DNA of 64,000 nucleotides from the human T2T-CHM13v2.0 reference genome, Homo sapiens, in the NCBI RefSeq assembly GCF_009914755.1, contig NC_060933.1. One strand, 5' to 3'. The notes beneath the pieces were generated by a model. It did no database searches. It was given only the letters and a program-made list of their open reading frames with translations, and was not told the origin of the DNA. Positions within the stretch are counted from its first letter, which is position 1, and every line of letters begins with the position of its first letter. Shown piece by piece: positions 25,340 to 41,947 of this stretch. A program made the translations under genes and the position numbers.

Positions 25340-27220
25340 TCATAACACACACACTGCACACACCACACCATGTGCACATGCACACACACCCCACACACAG
25401 ACACCACACAATCAGCACACACACCATGTGCACAGGCACACACACCCCTCACACCCACTGCCCACACCCCACAAACACACCTACTGCACACACACCATGT
25501 GCACATGCATACACCCCATACAGACACCACACACTGCACACACACCACACATAGACACCACACACACTATGTGCACACACCCCACACACACTGCATACAC
25601 ACCATGTGCACACACACACCACAGACACCACACACACTGCACACACACCATATGCACATGCATACACTGCACACAAACACACTGCACACACACCATGTGC
25701 ACACACACACCCCACACACATACACCACACACAGTACACACACCATGTGCACATGCACACACCCCACACAGACACCACACACACTGCACACACACCATGT
25801 GCATATGCACACCCCAGACATCACACACACTACACACACCACTCCATGTGCACACATGCACCCCAGACACCACACACACTGCACACACACACCATGTGCA
25901 CACACACACCCCATACACCACACACACCACACACGCCATGTGCACATGCACACCCCAGACACCACACACTGCACACAGCAGACACCACACTACACACACG
26001 TCGTGTGCACACGCACACCCACATACACACCACACTGCACACACCACATCATGTGCACATGCACACCCCACATGCAGAAGCCACACACACGGCACACACA
26101 CTATGTACACATGCACACACACCACACACCATGCACATGCACACACACACCCCTCAGACACCACACTGCACACACGACCAAGACACCACACGCACTGCAC
26201 ACACCCCACACACACTGCACACACACCATGTGCACACGTACACACACACCACACACTGCACACACCATGTACACATGCACACACCCCACACAGACACCAC
26301 CCACAGACACCACACACACTGCACACAGCACACCATGTATACACACACACTGCACACACACCATGTACACATGCACACACACCCTGCACAGACACCACAC
26401 ACTGCACACACCACACCATGTGCACACGCACACACACCCTAGACACCACAGACACCACACACTGCACACACACCATGTATACATGCACACACCATGCACA
26501 CACACCATGTGCACATGCACACACACCCCAGACACCACACACAGACACCACACTGCACCCACACCATGTATACATGCACACACCCCACACACTGTACACA
26601 CACCATGTGCACACATGCACACCTCTGACACCACACACACTGTGTACACACCATGTGCAAACATACCCCCCACAGACATCACACACACCACACAGTATGT
26701 GCACACGTGCACACACCCCCACACCACACACATGAATCTACTACACATACACCACACACATACAGCACCACACACATCACACACCCCATACATACTCCCC
26801 ACACACCACACACCACACACCTACTCCCCACACACTGTACACGTACATACAGTGCCACACACATAGAGCAAACACATACCTCACGTACATACACCACACC
26901 ACACACACATTCTACAAACACATCAAGCACACATCAAACACTACACACACCGCACACACACAGCACCATACACACACATCACATACACCACACACATATC
27001 ACATGCACACACGACACATAGTACACATACACACCACACACACATACACCACAAACACAGCACTTATACACACCATGCACCACCCACATACCACACACAG
27101 TATACACACATAACACTCACAATACACTCCACACACACATATACATACCCCATGTACCTACTACACACACAGACCACACACACATATCATGCATACACCT
27201 GCACACACCTCACAGAATAC
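25340..27220. repeat. Complex CA-rich minisatellite, about 1.9 kb
   Basis: Recurring motifs CACACCATGTGCACATGCAC, CAGACACCACAC and CACTGCACAC. Confidence 0.95.
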
Positions 27221-28773
27221 ATACAATCCTCATTTTTAGAAATTAATTTGGCTTTTAAGGAGCCTGGATAGTAAAGTATTTTATTGGCGTTTGAGTGAGC
27301 CAAGAAAATGCGTATAAATACACATGCATAACTTTGAGGGCCCAAGCAGCACTTTTGAAATCACAACATTAGATTAAACCGTGTAAATTTTTTATTGTTT
27401 TTAAAAAGTCAACTCTTTCTCATTTTACTAGAAACTATTTACCAGAGTAAACTAATGAGATTCTTCCTGAGGTCAAAAGACTTTCTGGAAAAACTTCTCC
27501 TTGATGAAATTGCACTTAAAACATCACTTCCATCGTGAAGTATTTCTTTAAGATGTTCTTGGTCCTTTTCCTGTTATGTGGAATCATCAATTCAAATTTT
27601 AAAAGTGACTTTGAGATGTTTTTCATCTATTATTTAAAAAATGTTGAAGGGCTTTTTAATTCTGCCTTCAGCAGAGATCGACACACTCTGATTATGATGT
27701 AAAACTGAATACGTTACTCTGACAGGCTTTCTCCTCTGCAGCGCCGCTACCATCATTATTAATAATGATTGAATGCTTTTACTCCATGCACAATCTATAT
27801 TCCCTGCTTTATAAAGAATAGAAATCTAATTCTCACTATGAAGGCAGATAAAAGTAATCCCTTCAATCTACAGATGACTGAATCATTTACCAAAGCACTC
27901 AGACTTTAAATAGAATTTATCAAATGTGTCTATATTTCTACGCATATAATTCATATAAAGAACTTGTAGTTTAAATCATTGCACATTTTATGCTTTTAAT
28001 CAGTTGTGATGGTCATTAGTATTTTTATCACATTTCCCCAAAGATAGGCTAATCACTGTTATTATTTTCAGCTAGAAATATAAAAAGTATTTTCTATTTT
28101 TGATGACTTTGAAACATAACCCTTGGAATATAATATCTGTGTATAATATCTGTGGAAAGCATGAAAGTAATATTCAAACAGTATGCATTTTTTCCAGAAT
28201 GAAAATTTCCTCTACAATAACATTCATCCTTTTTTCCTGATGGACACATAACAGTCAACATTTCTAACATTGCTGGATGTTATTTACATTAAACTTCCTC
28301 AGCTTCAGGTGTTGCAGAAACTGGGCAAGAGGCCACAAGGTACCCAATACACACACACACAAAAAAACTTGTATTATTATACTTACCTAAGTGTCTAAAG
28401 AGGTGGATAAATATATTAGATTGCTCCAGAACAAGGATTTTTATGGGGCCTATTGGAAAATATGACTGCAGTTTGAGTGAGAGGCCTGTAAGAGATTCAA
28501 TTTGGCCACTATTTATTGAGTATCCAATTTTAAAAGTACTGACAGAAGGCTCATGAGATAGAAATTTTCACCTAAGTCTATTGGAAATGTGCTACTGGAT
28601 GCTGTAGTAAAGAGTGGTGTGGTAATTGTAAAACACTTCTGATATCTAAACCTTTGTTTGTTTTTTACCTGAAATCTTTATGGGGGTGATTGTGTATGTC
28701 AATTTGAATCTTCCCATCAACAAGATAAATAAATAAATAGCCAGCCTACCTCAATAAATTAGTTCACCTTTTC

Positions 28774-29119
28774 GGCAGTGCTTCTCCTCCTTTGACAGCC
28801 ACAAGATTCGCCCGGGGATCTCCTTAAAATGCAAAACCATAGACCACACTTTGACTAGCTTGGATAAGGGGCCAGAGCATTGAAATGAGTGTGTAGGTGA
28901 CTGTGCTAAGATTCTCCTGCTCATTTGGGAACTGGCTCACCATATAAATAAAGCTTAGGACCTCTAGTCCTTGCTGGAAAAGAAATACACATACATAGGA
29001 TGTGACTGTGCATATGGAATATCTGTTGTGTTCTGGACATTGTGCTAGACAACAGAGATAAGGAGTCAAATAATCCCTTGTCTGTATCTGAAAAGAGCTT
29101 CTGACACAGTGGCTTCTGA
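28774..29119 (-). repeat. Arm 1 of a local inverted duplication
   Basis: Reverse complement aligns to 31666-31998. Confidence 0.9.
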
Positions 29120-29351
29120 GGTCTTTGAAACAAGATTCACTTTCAGATTTGATTATTTTATTTACGATTTGATATTTTCATTGAACCCCATGATATGATA
29201 AAGTTTTCCAGAACCTGCTAGAACAATTGACTTTGCTTTCAGCATTATGAAGCCACTGGGGCATATAAGTAGTTCATTTATGTTTGTATTTAACCAGACA
29301 GGAACAAGTTGAGCTACTTTTCTGGCCACCTTCGTTTAGACCTGTTTTTTT

Positions 29352-29628
<277 letters not shown>

Positions 29629-29988
29629 AGAGCTGTGTTTTTAGTCTTTTTTGAGCTGTTTTACAATGCAGTTTTGAATTGATAAGTTTGGATTCATTCT
29701 GATATTTACAGATTTAACATCCTACTTCACAAGATGCTCATAGCCTTGATCCATTACAGTAGCCACCTTGTCCATCTCTGCTCATAGCCTAAACTAACAG
29801 AAGCCAGAGGGAAGAAATGGAAGCCAACATGAGTCCAGAACACACATTTTATAAGAGCATAAGAAATTTAAAAATAGCAAAGTATATCATGAAGTTTTTA
29901 ATAGATATGCGTGGCTAAAATTTATTCTCAATCAATATATTCTATAAACTGGGAGAAAATATTAAACACATGAAAAGTAAGGAACTTG

Positions 29989-31380
<1,392 letters not shown>

Positions 31381-31665
31381 TTATATAACTAATATGATGA
31401 GAATGTGGTTTATGTTTTTATCTTTGCAAGATTTAGGAACATTTAGTGCAAAGAGGAAGAATTTATAATCATGGGGAGCATGTATGATACTGGAGGGACC
31501 CTTCTGACAAGGGGGAAATGGCATCACGAGACATGCTATGGTCATAGCTTTGTGGGAGCACAGCTAGCTATGATCTCCCTCATCAAACCCATTGGGCAGT
31601 GTTCAGTTACCAACATTGAGATAGAGCTCACCCACCCAGGACAGAAAAGAACATATACACTGCAG

Positions 31666-31998
31666 TCAGAAGCCACTGAGTAGGAAGCTCCTTTCAGATA
31701 GAGGCAAGGGATATTTGACTTTTTATCTCTAGTGTCTAGTACAATGTCCAGAACACAACAGACATTCCATATGCACAGTCACATCCTATGTATCTGTATT
31801 TCTTTTCCAGCCGGGACTTGAGGTCCTAAGCTTCGTTAATGTGGTGAGCCAGTGCCCACATGAACAGTAGCATCTTAGCACTGTCACCAAGACATCCATT
31901 TAAATGCTCCTATCTTAGCTAGTCAAAGTGTGGTCTATGAGTTTCCATTTTAATAAGATCCACGGGTGAATCTTGTGCATATTACAGAGGAAGCACTG
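31666..31998 (+). repeat. Arm 2 of the local inverted duplication
   Basis: For example TTCCATATGCACAGTCACATCCTATGTAT is the reverse complement of about 28991-29019. Confidence 0.9.
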
Positions 31999-32494
31999 TC
32001 CTACATCATATGTGACAGGCTCTCATACTCACCATCATCACGGGAATCTTGTACATGTTACAGGGAAGCACTGTCCTACATCATATGTGACGGGCTCTCA
32101 TAGTCACCATCATCACGGGAATCTTGCGCATGTTACAGGGAAGCACTGTCCTACATCGTATGTGACAGGCTTTCATAGTCACCATCATCACGGGAATCTT
32201 GAGCATGTTACAGAGGAAGCAGTGGGGCCCTACATCATATGTGACAGGCTCTCATAGTCACCATCATCACGGGAATCTTGTGCATGTTACAGAGGAAGCA
32301 CTGTCCTACATCATATGTGAAAGGCTCATAGTCACCATCATCATGGGAATCTTGCGCATGTTACAGGGAAGCACTGTCCTACATCGTATGTGACAGGCTT
32401 TCATAGTCACCGTCATCACGGGAATCTTGCACATGTTACAGGGAAGCACTGGGGTCCTACATCATATGTGACAGGCTCTCATAGTCACCATCAC
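31961..32494. repeat. VNTR, 7 units of about 75 bp
   Basis: Units start at 31961, 32039, 32114, 32189, 32268, 32342 and 32417 (CACGGGAATCTTG...CATAGTCACCATCAT). Confidence 0.95.
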
Positions 32495-33919
32495 CATGGG
32501 AAGCTGCATTTAGAGCATTTTAACTATATGGGCTCTGAAATCAGATGACCTAGGTTTAGACTTCCTTCTACTTCTTACTAAGCAGAGAACTCTGGGGTGA
32601 AAACTTTACGAGGCCCAGTTTTATCATGTGCAAATTGGAGGTATAGGGAAATTATAGCATTTTGCATGGAATATTGTTTTAAGTATAAAATGAAATAGTA
32701 CAGAGGAAGCTTCTGCCATACCTTAACTACACAATAAATATTAGTTAATATTAACTCATTTAATCCTAAGAAGAGGTCTATAAATTTGTACACAATAATT
32801 TTTTGTGGCTACTCAAATTTTCATAATTAATCTAGATTTAAAAGCAAGGAATATTCTTACTTGTAGTTGGCAATCAATATGACATGCCAAAATTATATGT
32901 AAGTATTTTATTGTTGGTGAGGATATAAGAAATTTACCATCAAAAGAGAGACGATAATCTATGCTTGCAGACTCCGGAAAGCTGTCTCTCACATAAGAAT
33001 TTGCAATTTCTGGGGGAAAAGAAAAAGTTGATTGTGCAAATAAACATTACCATGGAGTCTTCTCTATGGCAACATCAAAAATGGAAGCTAATTCTCATCT
33101 TCCTAACAATCTGCAAAGACGAGTGAAACACAACCTACTGAGCATCAAGTTAAAGAAGGAGAGAAATTTGAGTGGCACAGGAGGAAATCATGTCACCGCT
33201 AGCGAAATCAATATGACGAGTGCTCCTCTGCCCTCCTCCGAGGCTAAGGATGGGTTAAATATCAGTGGCTGACCTCAGGTAATGGAATAAGCAAAAAAGC
33301 TATAAAAATGCATGCATTACGTAATTAAGAGGGTGGGAAGGTATTTTTTTAAAAAGGCAATTCCTACTTGGGTTCCTTCCTGTTCACCCCGTTGGCAAAG
33401 AAGCTAGTCTTGTCCTAGAATTCTGGGAATGGCTGCAGACAAAACAAACACTGAGCAGACGAAATTCCCAGTAATTTAAACAAAACTCATGATATCCTTG
33501 TGTACAAGATGGAAGAAGAGTGGACCAGATGACAATATTTAGATGGAGTCATTCTTAACCCCCGTTGCTCTCCCAGTGGTCTAGCTGGGGTTTGTATAAA
33601 GTGGAATGGGAGGAATAGGGAAGGAGCCCCCACCTACCCTCTCCCCTTGTCCACTTGTCCTCCTTCACTAGTGGATAAAGTCCACGGGAACAGGCAAGTT
33701 ATTTTAAATCTGTGTCTTCTGTTGTCAAGATCTATAATCAGTTCTGCTTGCTGGACTGGGGACAGGAACCAAGGGAACATGAGGGTGAACGGGTTGACGT
33801 GGAGTCCAGGAACACACTGTGCCTACATGCAGAATGTTTGTGCCAGGAAAGCCAGTCAGCAGGCAGATGGTCTCAGATACCAAGCTAGTGTTGGGAAGCA
33901 AGATTCAGTCTCTTGAAGG

Positions 33920-34110
33920 CGGTGTTCCTCATTCTGTGGTTTGTATCACTTGCTTCAGAATGACCTGGAGTACTTGTTAAAATGCAAATTTTGAGCCCAA
34001 TCCTAGACCTCCTAAGCCTGCATCTCTACAGATGGGTCTCAGTAGTCGATATTGGAAACGTGCAGGTCCCTAGGAGATGCTTATGCATATAGATTTGAAC
34101 TGTTGTGTTT
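33920..34110. mobile_element. MER5-like hAT relic
   Basis: CAGAATGACCTGGAGTACTTGTTAAAATGCAAATT motif. Confidence 0.55.
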
Positions 34111-34164
34111 AAGGGTTAGGGAGCTGGCAAAAGCAAGGAATAGACCAAGCCCTCGGGTGGGAAG

Positions 34165-34328
34165 GCTCCATAACCTTGGCACTGTTAGCATTCTGGGCGG
34201 AACAGGATTCTGCCACATGCTTCGCAGCATCCCTAGCCTCTACTCTCTAAGACCGTATTCCAGTTGTGAAAACGAAAATGTCCCCTGGGAGGCAAAATAG
34301 TCACCAGTTGGGAACTGGAACCACTGCT
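34165..34328 (+). mobile_element. MER20-like hAT relic
   Basis: AACCTTGGCACTGTT...AAAATGTCCCCTGGGAGGCAAAAT...CCAGTTGGGAAC. Confidence 0.65.
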
Positions 34329-35378
34329 TTGTGAGATCAGAGTGGTTACTTTGTTCCCAATCCAAGGATCAGAATACACGATGAGAGAAAGTCCAGCTAT
34401 TGGAACTGGAGTGCCAAGTTGGAGCTAGACCTACAACAAAAGCTCCAAAAGCTCCTTTATAGAGCTGATCCCATGCCTCAGCTACCTAGCTTGTACAGAT
34501 GCCATGTAACTCTAGATTTGGTGACAGAAGGAATTTAAAGGCTAGAACTAGATAGGGTCTTTCAGGTTAGGCCAGCACACAACGTGGACTTTTGACATCA
34601 TCCAGATGCTTGAACCAACCTCAGTCCTGAGGCAGAATTTCCCGTGGCATCTGATACACAGCCTGGATTTGGAGCACTCACTGGGATTAGATGCCACGGG
34701 AATATTGTGTTTAGGAACTCTGAAAGAGACATGCTTCAACAAAGCAGACCTAAGCAACACGTAGCGTCTGAACTTCTTTATCAGCTTCCATTCCAGCCCA
34801 TGAGGACAAAAGCATCACATACATATCCACTGTGGCAAACCTGTCCTCAGTAGGGAGTTTCCCCAGTATTACTCTCCCCTCTGTTCTGAGCCTACTTGCT
34901 CCTTTGTAATGTTTCCACTTTCTGTCCCACTCCCTAATAGATGATTTGTCCTCTCTGCCCAGCCCCCTAGTTCTGATATTTGGATTGTCTGTGATCTGGG
35001 TAGTACTTAGGAGGTAGAATCAAAGCCTTGTTGATTGGATTGGGAGTTTCTAACTTCCTATTAAAGGCACTGATTAAGCATCTATTGTATAAAGTAAAGT
35101 AAGATTATGATCCAGTAAGAAAGATTCCACAAGTAGCGCAGGAAGAATTGGTTTCTAGTACACTTCATGCTTCAGGACCAGAAATCCAGAAAAAAATTCT
35201 GTGGTACGTTAAGTGTTTACTGTAAGTTTCATTTCCATGTGAAAAACTGTAGTTAGCTAAAAAGTACATCCATGAAGAATCCTGATTAAACTTGTTTAAT
35301 CCTGGTTAAACTAGCTACTAGCTAAACAATAAGTTCACAACAACTCAAGAACTCTGTAAAAGCATTTCCTCTGAATAT

Positions 35379-35384
35379 TTTATT
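35379..35384 (-). promoter_or_regulatory. AATAAA polyadenylation signal of the FRG1 copy
   Basis: TTTATT on +, about 45 nt past the stop codon. Confidence 0.75.
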
Positions 35385-36849
35385 CAGAAAAAAACACAAA
35401 AAGATAAGGCAGAAACAAAAATCCCAGTCATTTGCAGTATCTGTCAGCTTTCAATTTGGTTCTCTTGTTTAAATAAAGAAAAATAGTAAAATTAATCTAT
35501 GTAAAACATGTCATATATATTCAACTGCTACTAAATATAAAAAGCTTTAAAACTGTGTGTTCAATTTTGGTTAGTGTATTACCACAACACTTATATTAAA
35601 ATATGTATACTTTTAAATTTGGTTTCTATAAAAAATGGATTCTAATCTTATAAAAGTTATTTCCTAATATTCAATAAATGTTGCCTAAGGGCTTTTTCAA
35701 TCCAAATAGCAATTTTAATTATTCTGGAATTTAAGGGTGCTCTAAATTTCCATTTAACAGGGTGAGAACGCTGTATTATTACAAGTGAAAAAAGTTACAG
35801 GACATAGAGCTTATTCCGTTTTAGACTCCACATCCTGATTATATTTTATATCCTCTTCTTGATTTCTTACAACTAGATACATACTCATTTGCTCAGCTGG
35901 AAAAAGTTCTTAACGTTATTTACTGACTTTAGGTATGAACTCTACCAGCTAGTTAACAGGAAATATGTAATTAAACATTGACTTTATCAAGTAATGTAAA
36001 AAAAGGGTAAGAGTAACTTTCCAACATAGGACTTGAATGAGCGGCTGGTGATTATCAAAATCTGGCACTTAATTGATTTATACTTGTACACTCACAGCTA
36101 AACGTCTCTACCTGTTTTTCTATGTTGTAAATCTAGGACATCACTTATCTACATAGGAATAGTAATAAATATTAATGATGTGCTATGATAAACATCCTGC
36201 ACTCTTCCAAATCTTACAGTAAAACTGCTTCAATTTCACTTGTTTAGCTTTTATACTTAGTTTTTTAGTTGATCTATGCTTATTTTAAGGAACCTGAACT
36301 ACTCTAACAGAATCCACATAATTTTTATATTAGTCAAACTGCTTCTTTCTAACTCTGGTTCTAATAGTTATAAAAAGATAATGATAAATTTATGAAGTAG
36401 ATACAGTCAAACCTGAATTTCTTAAAGTATATGTTTAGAATCGGTTATAATTTTTAGATATTCTTTCTTGAAAGTCTTTTCCCAAACTCATGATGTCCTC
36501 TCTAGGTAATATTGCCACACTCATAAATTAGAAATAAAGACAAAAATGTGAAAACTACAGTAATTTAAGAGAATGTAGGTTTTCTATATGCCATTTCTAT
36601 TGGCTACTGAAAATAGTGGAAATAAGTACATAAATAGCTACCTGTCCAGAAGCGTCTCATGCAAAAATCCATCTTTCTGCGTCTTTTTAAGAATTTTACT
36701 GCTTCTTGACTTATTTTAAGTTTGTGGTCTTGGAAGCTCTGAACTTTCTTTCTGCAAAGAAAATGCCTTCATTGAAAAAACCTCAAACTCTGATTATACA
36801 TATTTACTATTAAATTTATAAATACTGTTAATTTCTTTTTCACTTATTA

Positions 36850-37167
<318 letters not shown>

Positions 37168-37498
37168 CTAATTATATTGTTTTAAATAAGCTGGAGCTTT
37201 TGAACAACAAAGGTGACCTCTCAAGAGGAGGGCCACTCATTGACTGGGTAGCACAAGGCCCCATTTCTATTAGGGCATGCTGGCTGGAGTCCCCTGTGTC
37301 CTGGCCATAGCACAGCCTTTGACTGGCATCACTCCCATTGTATGAATGAATAGAGAGATTGACTAACCCGACTGACTAGTTTTGGGAGCTGGTAGGATGA
37401 TTAGGAAAACTGAACCCTCAAGAAAAGAAAAGCATTTAGCTCAGTGCTCTGTCCCAGAGGCTACATTGTGTTGCCTCTTCTTGTCCATCAGTTTTCAT

Positions 37499-37652
37499 TT
37501 TTTCAGACGGGGTCTTGCTCTGTCACCCAGGCTGGAATGCAGTGGTGATCAGAGCTCACTGCAGCCTTGAACTCCTGGGCTCAAACAATCCTCCTGTCTC
37601 AGCCTCCCGAGTAGCTGGACCTACATGCATGCACCACCATCCCCAGCTAATT
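37499..37652 (-). mobile_element. Alu monomer (FRAM/AluJ right arm)
   Basis: Single antisense Alu arm. Confidence 0.8.
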
Positions 37653-39877
37653 AGGTAATTTATTTTGAAAGCACTTTGAGAAGCACTTCACTGTCAAATC
37701 TGTAGGTCTAAAAGGAAAAGCATACATACACATAATTGATTTCACATTGTTTTACATTTCCTTTGTCTTCTGGAATGTCATCTTTTTTCTTGGTTTCTCT
37801 TTCAGCACAGGATCTAATCTAGATATTGGAAAAGAGAATCCAATGGGTTATATGTTTATCTTCCACCTTCCCCACTTTACGTATCACGTAAGAACATTCG
37901 AGATGATTTCTTATGCAGAAGAAAAAATTAACTGAGCAACTATATTCAGAAAAAGACAGGTTCTGGCTATGTGTTTTTACTTCATATATATAATCTATAT
38001 GAGTAAGTGCTATCACATGCTTCCTCCGCAGCCCTTGTGTCAGAAACACTACAGACAAAATTATTTCAGAAAAATTTTACACATCAGATCTGTTAGGCAG
38101 TAAAGCAATCATTAACTAATTTAATTTTGTCCTCCAAGTCAATACACTAGGATCAAATTATCCCTAGTAGACAAGTGTTCATTTGATCAGATTGAAAGCT
38201 TAATAGCTATTTTAGATTGCACAGACTATTACCAAAGTATTAAAACTTTTAACATTACACAACTTGTTTTTAATTAATTGGAACCCACCTCTTTTACTAG
38301 CTTCTTATATCCTCCTAAGTTTGGATAGATGTTTACTATCACATGTCATAAGTTAATTGATCTGCATTCAACAATTAGGATCGCCCACAGAACAGGTAAT
38401 TGGCAATGGTAAGGACTCATGTCTCCTAAGGGATCTCTGTGGCCAGAGTCTAGTTCCAGGGCTGCTTAGAAAGTGATGACAAATAACGTGTTTGTGCCAA
38501 TGACATCTTTGTGACAGTTTTGATTAGAGGGGTCCCAGACCTGAAAACATTCCCTGCTAGGGCCTGTAGCACAATGCTACCTTTAGTAAGAGGGATCTGT
38601 GTTCTGGTAGATAAGGCAAGGTCATAAAGGTGAAGGGCTGACAGAGATTAGGAGAGCCTGCAATTAAATGGTACGAAAAGAGTCCTAAATAATCACTGTT
38701 CAGAGCTTCCAAGTACTTGACTAACCAAAGAGACCCAGAAAACTTTGTATTTCATCTGAAAATTGCTTTAAACAGTGAAAAATGCAATCTTTGTGTAAGT
38801 ATCTTTGTATCTTTGTATAAGTGCAAAGCACTGCACATATATTTGCAATTGTTGCCTTCAATAACACTTTTGTGATGATATCCAGATGAAAAATAATTTA
38901 AACATGATACAATAAAATATAAATAAATTAAATTAAATGTAAGTCACAAACCCATCTGCATTTCCTCCATGACCTGTTTCCTGAGAAGCAATGTGCTATG
39001 AAATACTGAGACTGGCCTCTGGAGTCAGCTGGGCCTGGGTACACATCCTGTCTTACCACACCTTGAAATCACTGTGATTTCCATGAACTGACTGACAAAA
39101 ACCACGAGGATGTAAGGAGGGTCAGAGGCTGTCTTACTGTCTGTAAGGCTGAGCTCACATCCACCTCACAGGAGCATTATGGAAATTCAAGACTGCAACG
39201 CATGTGCCGGATGCATGCAACGAAAAAATATAACACTTCACTTCTCTAACTGTAAGAAAATACCTACATTTTAGATTGAAATTGTTTGAGCTTTAGATTT
39301 GAAATTATCTGAAATCAAGACTATTCTAAAAAGAAAATCAAACATATGACCGGAAATCTAACATGAAGCACATACAGAGAATTGATAGATGCTTTTAAAT
39401 TACACTGGTAGTAGAGAAAAACGTAACATAAATTTTTATGCTCTGATTATAAGAACGAAGGCCGTTTTAGAAAAGGCATTTGCCCCCTCTCTTAGAGCCT
39501 TCCACTCTGGCCCCCACAATGCCTGACAGAGTAAATCTGGGTCAGACTGGATGCAACCAGTGATTCCCAAAAGAGACAAACAAAGCAAGGTTCAGGATGC
39601 TCAGTACTGCGATGGAATGCCAAGACACAGAAAAGCCATGTGTCAAGAAGGGGGGAGTTATTCTTTAGACACATCCTGATATATGTTTATCATTAAAGAT
39701 CAGTGGCTTTTGTGAGTCTAAAAAATTAAGCCTTAAATGTTTTCATCAAATTCCAGTTAACTACCTGATTTATCTAGGTTATATTAACAGTATTATTTAG
39801 AATTTCACCTTGATATGAAGATGTCTGTGTAACTTTTACAATGATGTAAAACAAAGAGTAGGGTTAGGGAGGGCACA

Positions 39878-39918
39878 GGCCACTGGTGCAATGGATAACG
39901 CGTCTGACTACGGATGAG
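39878..39918 (+). pseudogene. tRNA-Arg(ACG) 5'-half fragment
   Basis: GGCCACTGGTGCAATGGATAACGCGTCTGACTACGGAT matches tRNA-Arg-ACG through the anticodon arm. No T arm or B box. Confidence 0.85.
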
Positions 39919-41622
39919 GGAATTTAGCCTGGAATAAGGAACTTTTATTTCCAGCTTAGTGACGCACACAAATTTTAAAAATAAAATAAAAATCATGTTT
40001 TATGTGATTCATGTTTCTCCTAATGCAAAGAAGACGGGTACTATTACTAAAAATATTTTTAAAATGTAAGGGCTAAGGCCCCAGAAGTTCTGCTATGATT
40101 TTTTATGTTTCATAGAGTGATTATCATCACAGAAGCTCAAGCATTACATAAATACAAATGCGTGTACCCCGACCTGGTAATTCTGCTTCTTGAAATTTAT
40201 CTTCAGGTCCACCCGCACATCTACAAATTGATGCATATTCAATGTTATGTACTGCAGCACTGTTTATAAGAGCAAAAGACTGGAAACAGCCTAAATTTCC
40301 ATCTATAAAAGACTAAATAAATAAAGGTACATCCCTAAAATGGAATATTATGTGGCATTAAAAAAGAGAGAGAGAGAAAGAGAGGAGAAGCAAGAAAAAG
40401 AGAAAGCTTTCTACATTCAAACTAATAGTAGAAAACTCTCCAAGATACAATTTTAAAGAAAAAAAAATCAAAGTCGAGAAAACTATAGAGGAGGCTGCCT
40501 TTAGTGTAAGACAGTTGAAAATTATAAATATATTCATATGTTTATAAAGAAATTTTAGGAGGCTATAAAAAAACAAAACAAAGGGAAAGAGGAACAGGAG
40601 CTGGGACACAGGTGAGCAAGATGCATGGCAGGCATATGTCTTCATCTTCGTATGCTTTTATTTAAAAATGTTGGACCACGTGTACATGTTATCTATTTTA
40701 AAAATTAGATTTTAAAATACAAGCAAGAAAACAAGAAAATGAAAGCATAAAAAGAGCATGTGGAACTACCAGTAAAAGATACTAATCCATGGAGATAATG
40801 GCAAGGTAGCTCCTAGATGCACTGATTTCTCTACCACACTGTATAAACAAGCCATCAACTATGCGATTTGTAATTAAAAATGAGTCTATTTGAAACACCA
40901 CATTATAAAAAGCTATTAAGTAAATCTTCAAAGTGACAGTAAATGATGACTTAACATTTTAAAGAGATACAGTCACATCGCATGTGTGAATGCAGTCATC
41001 TGTATAAAATGTCATCATTACCTTCATCATTTCTTCTTCTCCTGCTGTTTTATTTTTTGCTTCTATGTCCCCTGCTTCATTGCATCTAATAAAGCAGCTA
41101 TTTGAGGCCAACAAATCCATTTTCCCCTAAGTGAAACAAAATAACAAAATAGCCATGAGGATACTTCTTGTAGAAGAAATATTAAGTGTTTAGACTGAAT
41201 GAATTTTTCCTCCCTGATTTAAAAATCACAGAAAAGAACTTAGAGAAAAACCTGAAAAATGTAATACAAGAACATATAGAAAAGGAAACCAAAATCACCT
41301 TTCATTTTGCTTTCAAAGATTGCCACAATAAATATTTGTAGTGTATCTTCCTAGTAGGACTAAACTCTAATTAGATGAGGTAGGATTGCTTCCTTTCTAA
41401 AAGATCTACTGAAGATAAAACTGATTTAGTTCTGTTTGAAAAATTAACTTTAAAGACAAGAACATAATTATGAATGCATACTTTATTCAAATATTAGCAT
41501 TTTAAGTAAAATTTATTTTCTTCACAATTAGAAAACATGAAAAGGCATATACAATGCCTTTGGTGTTTTGAATTTAAGAATCAATGTCTGAGGGACTTTT
41601 GTGTGTGAAAATAAATATTCAT

Positions 41623-41947
<325 letters not shown>

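Noticed and set aside
25131-27021. Long His/Thr- and Cys/Val-rich ORFs (534, 498 and 416 aa)
   Set aside because: Products of the CA-rich repeat, which rarely forms stop codons. Several frames on both strands are open at once.
27450-27760. Possible decayed exon in unique sequence
   Set aside because: The minus-strand frames I translated contained stops and resembled no protein I recognise. A BLASTX search would be needed.
31961-32494. CRISPR-like array or His-rich repeat protein (25-codon unit)
   Set aside because: Whole units repeat with no unique spacers, the DNA is eukaryotic, and 79- and 74-bp units break the frame.
33066-33272. 68-aa ATG-initiated ORF in unique sequence
   Set aside because: Short, with no recognisable homology or supporting gene structure. 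Compatible with chance.
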